Below are positions 53,947 through 64,000 of a stretch of DNA of 64,000 nt, in pieces. Source of the DNA: Trichoplax adhaerens. Lineage: Eukaryota > Animalia > Placozoa. The notes under the pieces were generated by a model. That model worked only from the letters and a program-made list of their open reading frames with translations. It was not told the DNA's origin and did no database searches. The stretch spans positions 2,441,172 to 2,505,171 of the forward strand of contig NW_002060945.1 of the NCBI RefSeq assembly GCF_000150275.1, given 5' to 3'. The position numbers and the translations under genes are program-made. Every line of letters starts with the position of its first letter. Position 1 is the stretch's first letter.

Positions 53947-55150
53947 GTTACTATGATTAAATATGAGTCAATTTTAGAGCATATAAATTGAGAGACGTTT
54001 AGCAGCTGATATCTTATCAGCTTATTACCAGTCTACAAGTAAGTACTCGATTAAAAATCAACTGCATTGATTTTGGACAGGATAATTGTTTGCGGTACTA
54101 TTTAACGTTTCTACTGTGGTGATTCACAAAGCAAATAAAAATATGAATGTAACCTCTAAATGGTTTATGGTATGGTTAATTATTGAAAGATGGTATAGCA
54201 CTTGCCCTCTTTATCTATACAAATATCACAGCACATTTTAGTAAATGTATCCTTTTCAATAGTTTGATATCTTTGCGGAATGATACAGGGAAAGCGCATG
54301 AAACTACTCAAAATTGATACTTAGCGGGCGATGCAAAAAAAGGATGTCGGGACGATATGAATTTAGTCTTGTGCATAAAAACCAAAAAATTAGTCAACCG
54401 GTATCACAACCTGTTGATATCTTCCTATCCATGATTTATAGTATACTGTAAATGATGCCGATTTCGGCGAAATTTAAGGGCTACAGATAGTATTTAGTAG
54501 ATGAATCTATAAATACGTAGGGTATTATGCTGATCTTTCTAAACCTATTCTGGAAAGTTATGCTGTTAACGTACGCCGTCATCTATATTCATCAAATTCT
54601 AATTCTGATCAGGTACTGGTTACGATAGAGGTATCAAGTTTAGATTTCTATGATAGTAACTGCATCAACATTATCATTGGTAGGTTATTGATATCTTATT
54701 AATCTTGAAGTGTTTAAAGACCATGAAATAGGCTTTGAACTAAATTAAGATCACTTTTCCTCGTCGTTAATTTTTATAACAGGGAAAACTTCTATGGGGC
54801 AAGATAAGCTAGTCATGTAAACTTTGTTGTACAGGCTGGAGATAAATTATGAATAGACTGTCAACAAGTACCGAGATTTTGCTGCCAACATGTGAAAAAG
54901 ACAGGTCTACTCGTTGTTTCTGTCTAGATTTAACCAATTTCAAACATTATTTTCTTTCTAGCCATACTTACAAATATAACTTTGGATCGCTGTTAAATTT
55001 TGTAATCTGTTGAAAGAGTTCAATGGTTGTAGTTACCTCAACAGGATGAGATAAATACTCTACGAGGTTAGTTACCATATAATGATTATTATGCCAATCC
55101 TATCCTCATAGAAAGCAATATTCCCTATCTTATCTACCTTGCTAACTCTT

Positions 55151-55204
55151 GGCTCCCGGTAACCAAAGTAGGCTGTTGATATTACCACGCGGTTGCTATG
55201 GCAC
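55151..55204. promoter_or_regulatory. Paired RFX X-box-like sites upstream of the EFCAB6-like gene
   Basis: GGCTCCCGGTAAC (55151-55163) and GTTGCTATGGCAC (55192-55204) resemble the X-box GTTGCCATGGCAAC. They lie about 1.2 kb 5' of the ATG, with a possible UTR splice donor near 55036. Confidence 0.55.
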
Positions 55205-55679
55205 GTGATGAAGAGACGAATATTCTATGAGAGAGAGAATATGCAAATGGTGTTTCTGACGTTGCACAATATGATCATTCAAGATGAACAAAAGGATATT
55301 ATGACGAAAAAAGAGCTATTAAATGAAAGGAAGAATAGATTACGATAACATTCATGGAGATTACAGTAGATAACATTGTCTCAATGTCTGCAAAATACTG
55401 TAAAAGCCAAACTAGATAATACTATCTATTACCTATTCTTCTATTTTTATTTAGACAGTTGTTTTATGATGTTAAAGTTTAACAACCTCTTTACATGATG
55501 TTCTTGCTATCTACACGTTGTATTGCTACAGTATTGTATGACAAAGTAGTTGAATGTTGCAGCTAGTTTCCATTGATAGAATGTTATTATGTTTTAAAAT
55601 ATTTCGTTAGCCTATTGGTGCAGTACTAAAGGTCAAGAAATAAATATTTTATTCATCAATCTTGTTTTCAATACATCCT

Positions 55680-56980
55680 GACTGGTATTAGGCCGGATTA
55701 TAATGGAGACCTTAGTAGGACATTATAGAAAAGTCCGTTCAATACGGTCTTTTACGACGATCCATAAATAGAGCTGTCTATGACTGGTTCATTTAATTGG
55801 CTAAAAATAATATCTTGTAATGAACAGGCGACAAGGAATAATAAACGATTTAAGGAAAAGTTCGCTCCATGCAGCCTTTTATGTTGATCCATAACTGTCT
55901 ATGACTGACTCATCTGAATTGGCTAAAAATTATATCTTGCAATGAGCTGGCGACACAGAATAATAGAGAACATATGCAAAGTCCCTTTCACGTACGATAG
56001 TCTTTACGTTGATTCACAACTGCTTATGACTGGCTCAACTGAGTAAGCTAAAATTAATATTTTGCAATGTGCAGGTGTCAAAGAATAACAAAAGGCCTAC
56101 GTAAAAGTCCGTTCCGTGTAGTCATTACGTTGATCCACAAATGTATATGACTGGCTCATCTAAATTGGCCCAAATTTGTATCTTGCAATGAACAGGCCTC
56201 AAAGAATAACAGAAGACTTATAGAAAAATCCGTTCCATATAGTCTTTTACGATGACCCTTAAATAGAACTGTATATGACTAGCTCATCTAAATCGGTCAA
56301 AATTAATATCTTGCAATAAACAGGCGGTAAGGAATAACAGAAGACTAGTAACATATTTCATTTCTTGTGTCTTTTAGATAATTCGTAATTTTATTCGCAC
56401 CATAGATCAAAGAATAAACAACTGATTAATAATGTCATCGAAAATGGCTTTTCTGACTGGTCTGTGTATTAGACCAGATGATAATGGAGATCTTAGTGGC
56501 ATATTCTGTAGCTTACGGCCTTTTACAATGATCCAATAAATAGTGTGGTAAATGAGTGGCCTATCTGAGTACCAGGTCGTTATTAATATCTTGCAGTTAA
56601 CGAGAGTCGAGAGTCGGAACACAGCAGGATTCCGAGTACTGTATTTTATTTTTCTTTATTGATTGACTTTGCTTTACTTGAACAAAGCTTAAACAAATGG
56701 TTTTAAAACAGTGTATGTTATTATTATCTATTCCATACAATCTTTCGGCATTATAAATCACTACTAGTAATAAGACCCTGCAGCATGTGCATTTGCAGTA
56801 AATAAATCGTGTTAAGTGTATTATTTATGGCTATCTTTCTGATGATGAGGTGCAAACTATTAAATAGCATATGAGTATTTTACAATAATGTATTCCATAC
56901 GGTATGGCTTTTACGATGATGAATAACCAGTATAGCTGGCATACCTGATTAACTATAATAACATTTGCAATTAACGGGAA
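55680..56980 (+). repeat. Diverged tandem array of about 120-125-bp units (5 adjacent copies plus 2 more degraded copies)
   Basis: The core tatgactggctcatct.aattggctaaaa.taatatcttgcaatgaacagg..caaagaataac recurs at about 55779, 55900, 56026, 56146 and 56274, with relics at about 56450-56600 and 56890-56980. Confidence 0.9.
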
Positions 56981-57059
56981 AGCTTGGGGCAATAGCTACT
57001 GAATTTGAACTAATCTAATCCACTTCTATTTCATAAACAGGTGGTGCCAACAAGAGATT

Positions 57060-57655
57060 TATACTATTGATGTAAATTTCGAACGATTAAATTGGAATAA
57101 GCAATCGTTTAGTTGCGGTTATAAATGATTCGACCGCCACTATTTTCTAAATTGAATACGGTACTTTTCATCCATTTACAATTCGTTCATATAACATTTT
57201 AACATCAAATAGTATACTTGAGAATAATTCTTTATGGATTACTAAATTCCCTGATTAATGCCGAAACGTACTTCCGTACCAAAATAGTGTCGATATATGG
57301 ATTAGAAACAAGCCGTAAGCAAATCATTTAGTTATGGTTGTGAAAAAATGAATAATCCTAAATTAAAATGGCGCTGTCTATTTACTACTCGTCCACATAA
57401 CATTTAAGCATCAAATGGTATGCATGGGAGTACTTACCCATAGACTACTAAATTCCCTCAGCTCATGCCAAATAATATTCTCCTGAAATAACGTTAATAT
57501 TTGATTTATAAACTATAAAGAAGTAATCGTTTGTTTTTTCGATATAACAAATTAAAAACGCGACTAATTTTAAATTAAACCCGCTATTATTTATTCATTT
57601 ATGGCTTGTTTATGTACCATTAAAGTATCAGTGATATACTTGAGAATGCTTATTA
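57060..57655 (+). repeat. Diverged tandem repeat of about 210 bp, about 3 copies
   Basis: Shared atttac..tcgt.ca.ataacattt.a.catcaaat.gtat.c.tg.ga.ta and actaaattccct blocks at about 57173, 57380 and 57597. Confidence 0.7.
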
Positions 57656-58953
57656 AATCATCACAGTAAGATTTTATCCTTTAAATAATAATCCACAGTT
57701 ATAGAAATTTTATTAACGAGAATCCATATTGGATTCTGTTTTATTGTAAACCTATATGATTTGATATTGCGGAGAAAAGCTAAAGGCAAGTTTATGCATC
57801 CTCTAGACCTCGTAATCCAAATCTTTTGGCAGTGTAGCATACTCTAAGTTATTTATAATGTTATTTTTAAGGTCATGTAATAAACACACTACAGTATACA
57901 TTATTCAAATTAGTATAATTAAAATTTACATGGTCTAGTCTGATTTAAATTATTCAATATAAGATCGGTGAGAAAGAAGAAAAGCAACAATAAAATCAAT
58001 CTAATTTATCAATTCTTCCAACCTGGAATTATTTTATTATAAATACCCCCTTTAATTAGAGTAAATGCTGTTCTACGTTATATAATAATGTCTAATATCG
58101 ACACCAAAGAAAAACTTCATACTCAACGATTGAAATCAGCCTCGCAACTACCACTCCATCGAAATTGGGTCACAACCTTTTTCATGCTCTCTAGCTAGCT
58201 GTAAAGGTCTACCGCACTTGAAATGAAAACTGAGTAAGGAATTATGGAGCTTTATTTGTTTGATTTACGTCAACTTGAAGGAGATTTATGGTCTTGATCG
58301 TCTATCATATTAATTAATAATTTAAATAGATGCATCGATTATTTTTCTTATTATGCTTCTTTAAAAATAGCGTAGTGACAGTACAATACTGAATGCAACT
58401 GTGAGATTTTAAATCAGAATCATTTTATTTACTAACTGCTTGGACTGTCGAACTTCGTGTCATTTATACGAAATTTAAGCTTAAGAGCAATCGAAATTCA
58501 ATATTGGCTTACTTTAAGCGTTAGCTTTCTATTCGTCAACGCCACTCTATGGTTAGGATTAGCCACGCTTGATCTTATAAGGTTAGTGCTTGGAATAGTA
58601 TCCATCGAATTTTGCATATAAAATTTTTACAGTGACGATTTTTTGGCTTCGATTTCCTTAAATCTGATATTAGTGTTTTGATTGCTAAAATAGCGGTTGG
58701 AAGCCAACAAGATTATTATAGATTGTCGAAAATTTCGAAATTAAGGAATAGAGGCATAGCTATAAATAAAATTAATGAGTAAATTTTCTTTGAACGTTAT
58801 CATGTAATAGAGGTGAAGATTTCTTCAGTCGAACATTAAATTTTCTAGACAGGATAGAGTATCATCCAACCTTTTCATCTAATCCCTTCCTATACAGCTG
58901 AAATTGTCAAGGTCTTGCGGTACTTTAAGAACTGGTCAAAATTATTCTTGGGC

Positions 58954-61900
58954 ATGATGGCAAACTGCCATATTATTCTACTGGCTTGTATTTTTTTCTA
59001 TAAAATAGTCTTATTCTCCGATGCAGAGCCAGGTAAATTCTATTAGCCTTTACATCATATTAGTAACTGTTTGACCTAGATAAATTCTAATCTATTGTTA
59101 TCATAATTGAGTTATTAATACTATACTTATTCATGTCCCATCCTTAATATTTCTTACCCTTCCATCGTTCCGTTAGTATTAAGCAATTATTAACATGAAT
59201 CTATCAAAGTATGTATGGTGTTATTTACAGTTAATTAATTTAGGGCATGTTTCGTTAATTACTGCAAGTTATCCCTTAATCATAATAATTTAGTTCATGC
59301 ATTCAACCTTAAATATTAATTTTTCTATCCGTTAAAGTTTACAGAATGATTTCAAACAGTCTTTCCTCCATTACTTTTATGAATAGAGATAGAAGGATTA
59401 CAAATTGTGACGATTAAGCACTTTTCTTCAATGGAATTTATTTTTCATCCGTTTTCCTATGTTCTATACAATACCTTTATGATAGAAAGGAGGCAATTGT
59501 TGGGTTAGTTCCTAAATCCTGTTCCTTGTAAGTATCATTATCAAGAATACTATTTACTAGCATATGCCAGCTTCTGCTATATCAAGGATAAGGATATGAG
59601 GAGACAAGTTGCGTGTTTGTAAGCTTTAGAGCCTTGAGAATGAAAAGTCTAAATTGAGCAAGTGCTTAAATAATTTTCTGCCTCTGCTTGGCATTAAATG
59701 AATACCAGATGCGGATTTACAACCATTTCAATGCATTAAGATAGAAATGAACTACTGTTAGAAATAGATTGTTGAAGGAAGGAAAGAAGTCAAATCTTTT
59801 TTCCTTTCTTGCTATCTAGTTAAAGCGGAACGAGATTTAGATAAACTAATATTTCTTGAGATGGAAAATGTTAATGGTAACAAATCATCGGCTCAATTAA
59901 TTATAAAAGAGATGATTAAACCGACGAAAAAAAGAAGCCATAAAATCACCCTTTCTAGTTATTAAATGAATAGAGCACGGAACTGAGGATATTACCATAG
60001 AAAGTAGTTTATTGACGATATACGAGTTACCACATAAATACAAGATAGGCCCTTGGAATTAGGAGGAAGAAAGAAGTAATCGAAAAATTTCACCATTTAG
60101 TTCTTGCTTTCGAAATCGATTACAGTCTGAAATGAAGTTTTTTAATTGAATTAAATCCTACGAGAAATAGAAAGTTTAAAAGTAACGGAAAAGAAATGCT
60201 ATTCTCATTTTACCATCCAAATTAAGCTGTTTCAAGACACTCATTACATATATCTTATTCAATCTAAACCTATATCGAAAATTTTCCTTAGGAAATGTCG
60301 GCAAAGAATTTCACATTGGATTTCCAAGGGCAATAAATATCAAAAAGATATGTCCACCAACTATTACTATTACCAGTGGACTAGAGCCTGCAACTGTTAA
60401 TGTTACTAATAACGCCAAAATAAGAAGTTCTACGCGTTACTACAAGGTCCCGCCTAACCAATCTCTCTCCATTGAATTGGATATCGAATTAGCAAAGCCT
60501 GATGTTGGCATCACCAACCGAACAGTTTTTATCCAGTCTGATCGAGATATTTCTGTTTCTGTCTATCAATGCCAGCTGAGCTATCTTGCCTTGCCTAAAG
60601 CTTGTAATAGTAACGAATATCTTGTTTTAACTTTACCAATCGATTTACTTAACCCAGAAAGATCGAATTTGATGATTATTGCAAGCCACGGAGCGACAAA
60701 AATTCAAATCAACTTTACAAAAGCCATTTCTTATCATAGTCCATCTTACTTTGATCATCCTCGATTGAACATTGATTTGCAACCTTTGCAGGCTTTTTAT
60801 GTTGAATCTTTCGACGATTTAACCGGTACGACTATTCTATCCCAATCACCTGTAACTGTTTTTGCAAGCAACTATTTTACAGGTCACAAGAAGCAATCAA
60901 AAAAGAATTCTTACAATATTGCTATGCAATTACCTGGAGTTCAGTACTGGGGTCGAAATTATATCTTACCTGCAGTGGAAGCAAATCAAGGCCTTGATCG
61001 ATATAGAATTATGGCTGCTCATGAACAAACTACAATCTTTAAACAATTTAATTCTCATGCTTGGACTTTATCCAAAGGTGCAGTACTGGATTTAGTTAAA
61101 GAGATTAGTATAGCTACCCTTGTTTTATGCGATAAACCATGTCTGGTAGTCTATACTGGCCGATTTGCTATACAAGACAAGGCTATGATCGATCCAATGA
61201 TGGTTATTATGCCTTCTTTTCGTCAGTTTTTGCCACACTATTCCTTTTCAACGGGAGAATTCAATCCCTCTTATACTTATTTTGTTCATGTTGTTTTACG
61301 TCAACGATATCAAGGAGAGTTAATCATGGATGGAAAGATAATCAAAGATCAAACTAAATCTAATTTTACTCTTGCTCCATATAAAATCATTTCCATCAAG
61401 GTTGATTCTGGCTTCCATCATATACAAACTTCCGTGTCTGATGAAGTTTTTGGATTGACTCTATTTCGCGTTAATGGTGATTCTATGCAAGGGTGTCTTG
61501 GAGGAATTGATTTTTCTTCAAAATCCAATCAAGCCTATGATCGTAAGTTTTAAGCGATCTCGTATTACTTATAGGCATCCACTTGTTAGAAAGGATATAA
61601 GGGATGATATCAAAACTAATTATAAAAATTTGTTAACATTAAAATTACCTTACTGCAAAGAATCACTGTTTTCTTCTAACAAGTTTAAATACAGCATTTA
61701 ACTTCCTCGAATGGAAATACAAAATTTGATCGTGCTTAGTAGACTAAAATGTATGAAGTTGAATCAATATTGAGAAGAATGTAGAAAATTGCCTTATACT
61801 AGTAAAAATAAGTTATTGCAACATTTCAGCGTATTTATTCGTTACTCTTGCTATAGTGTTACGCTAAAACATCAATCGTTTCGTTTTGCTCTTGATGAAA

Positions 61901-63918
61901 GAAGTAAGTATAGATAGCTCCTAACTTTGGTATCTAGGCGAATAGCGTCTGCTAACAATTTCCATCACTGATTTCATCAATTCTCGAATCGATATCTGCT
62001 CTCTATTTATCTTAAACATTTCCATGGATTTTCGTTAGTTTATAGTATTTTATAAAAGTAGCCTCGAAGTGTTCTGTCGCAACTTTAATCAATTAGCGGA
62101 TTAAAATCTGTTCCCTACCTCAAACATTTCCACGAGCTATCGTTAATTTCTAAAATTTTTATTAAAGTACTGTATGCACTAAACTATTGACAGATCTTAG
62201 GGTTATAGGCAATAAAATTGTTATCTAGAATAACTCTAATATTACTCACATCTTTAAGGAAGATTATTTTTCGTTGAATAGTTTTAACAGGACACTTTTG
62301 CCCGCCTAAAGAGGGTTCTTTCCAGCCTAATGAAAGCAAAGTAACCATACGCTCCAGTAGTAATACTTCTACCAATTGCCTATCCGTGACATTTAACGCT
62401 TTCTCAATTATTGTAATGCCTTAGTATAGCTTTAAAATTTTAAAAGATGAACTGAATTAGGTGTCGCTAATGATAAGGTAATATTTTGTATAATTAGGGC
62501 AATTTTCTTAATTTACTCAATGATTGTAGAGTCAGGAACTAGAATTATCCTCCTTAAAAGTCCGAAAGAGTGTTATAAACTGGTTGTTTAATATAGTTGA
62601 AGAAAATAGTGAATCTCTCTTTGCTGGAGATCTCGCTATTTCAGCAAAGCTACTCTCTCGAATCAATTATGAATCGGATGTAATATCTCTTCCTCTCATA
62701 ACCGTTAGTAACTTTATCATTCATTGATTTAGTCCATTATGGCATTTCAATCTAGGTCATTTTATATGATTGCTTTACAATTCATATTTACGTTACAGAA
62801 ACTAATTGATATAGGAAGTCGCCTTTTGCATTTACAATATACCAAAGATTGGCATAAGATTCAGCAGGTAATTAGTTTATTACTGACTATGCAAGTGCTA
62901 ATTTATCCAAAAAATATTAGATTATGATGAGCTACACTGTGCCTAAGAGCGAATGACTCTCTTTTTTTGGCTAGTCTACACTATCTTGTGGAAATGAATA
63001 TGATAGCGTAGCGGTCATGATAAGCTTGAAAAGATTAGCTGCTAAGTTGAATAATGATTTTAATCAAACTGGTCCTCAACTAATCGATGTTACTTCACAA
63101 AATATAGGTAGGATTAAAAATAAAACTGATTTACAATAATTAAGTATGCTACGATCCCAATTATTCAAGATATTTCCCGTTACTGCCACAATTCCAAGAA
63201 CTGCAAATCCAGACCATCAGGTATAAGGATGTAGAAAAAGACTCTGATCACGATGAAGATGAACACGATGATAAAAAATCTAATATATTAGAAATATCTA
63301 CTCGTCAAGCTCATAATATAGCTCACATATGGCAACATAATCATGTACAAATAATATTAAATGCAGAAGCTTTACGAGAAAATCATGGTAAGCAAAGCCT
63401 GTTGACATCAATCTTTGTTGAATTTAATCTAATAATTTGATCGTGCGATCTACTTTCTATTTGCTATCATTTTTTCAATATGTTGCGTTATACTCCAATT
63501 GATATCCTGGATTATGAATAAAATCAACACGTTTGGATATTTACGCATCCTAAATTTGTGATATGGATCACTATCCATAGCCACAAGAATAGTCACGATT
63601 TATTTTAATACATTAGATGCAATCATGCCCTTACAATTAATAAATCCAAGGTAAGTTTAGGACTAGATCTCAGATCATTTATGCCAAATAACTGATTTAT
63701 GGCTAATTTAACTATATAAGAAATCTATAATACAAACGGATTGGCATTAAGGTTAATTTAATAAAAATCTTAAAAGTTCCATTTGATATTTGATCGTTCT
63801 AAGAAATTTCTCTCAAGCAAACCCCATTTTAAATTCTGAAGTAATCGCAGCTTTCTTTTCTACATCATTGCAAAGTTACGACGAATTTTCACTGCAATTA
63901 ATTTTTAAGAATAAATTT
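58954..63918 (+). CDS. Probable adhesion GPCR, 5' part: signal peptide + IgGFc-binding-protein N-terminal domain + Cys linker + GAIN domain; continues beyond the window
   Basis: Phase-consistent exons are 58954-59032 (MMANCHIILLACIFFYKIVLFSDAEP), 60292-61542 (GNVGKEFHIGF..LTGTTILSQSPVTVFAS..QLPGVQYWGRNY..CDKPCLV..DPMMVIMPSFRQFLPHYSF), 62291-62412 (..TNCLSVTFN), 62530-62703 (SLFAGDLAISAKLL), 62799-62867 (DIGSRLLHLQYTKDWHKIQQ), 62975-63107, 63199-63387, 63581-63650 (RIVTIYFNTLDAIMP) and 63804-63918 (ILNSEVIAAF..LQLIFKN). The GPS motif and 7TM region are not within the window. Confidence 0.8.
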
Positions 63919-64000
63919 GTAAGTAACATTGCTGCTGGATACTTACTATTATAGTAATAGTAAAAGACTACTACTCGGTCATTACAAATATATAATTTGT

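Noticed and set aside
55680-56350. CRISPR-like regular array
   Set aside because: The whole unit of about 120 bp is homologous between copies, so there are no unique spacers; the context is eukaryotic with no cas genes.
58225-58245. TGAGTAAGGAA similar to U12 snRNA
   Set aside because: It lacks the pairing CCTTA arm, downstream stems and Sm site.
60477-61553. Stand-alone, horizontally acquired bacterial IgGFc-binding gene
   Set aside because: The ORF is an internal exon with a spliced signal-peptide exon upstream and a consensus donor downstream, and its composition matches the host.

Overview
AT-rich eukaryotic (animal) genomic DNA with many short GT-AG introns. The composition, intron sizes and gene content suggest an early-branching metazoan, most plausibly a placozoan (Trichoplax-like); this is inference only. 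Manual splicing gives seven genes: (1) the 3' end of unc-13 (+); (2) a complete 5-exon DDA1 gene (-) that the ORF track misses; (3) a single-coding-exon, possibly CCDC190-like gene (-); (4) after about 19 kb with no recognisable gene, VPS28 (+); (5) NUDT18 (-), convergent with VPS28; (6) a roughly 35-40-exon EF-hand gene, EFCAB6-like (-), with RFX X-boxes upstream; (7) the 5' part of a gene (+) whose exons join a signal peptide, an IgGFc-binding-protein N-terminal (FCGBP-N) domain, a short Cys linker and a GAIN domain, probably an adhesion GPCR that runs off the window. Non-coding highlights are palindromic CAGTA/TACTG islands upstream of the two housekeeping genes DDA1 and VPS28, a 330-bp MITE-like element, a candidate H/ACA-like structured RNA, a candidate start-stop cassette exon in DDA1, and several decayed tandem arrays. 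All exon boundaries were read by eye and are unverified.
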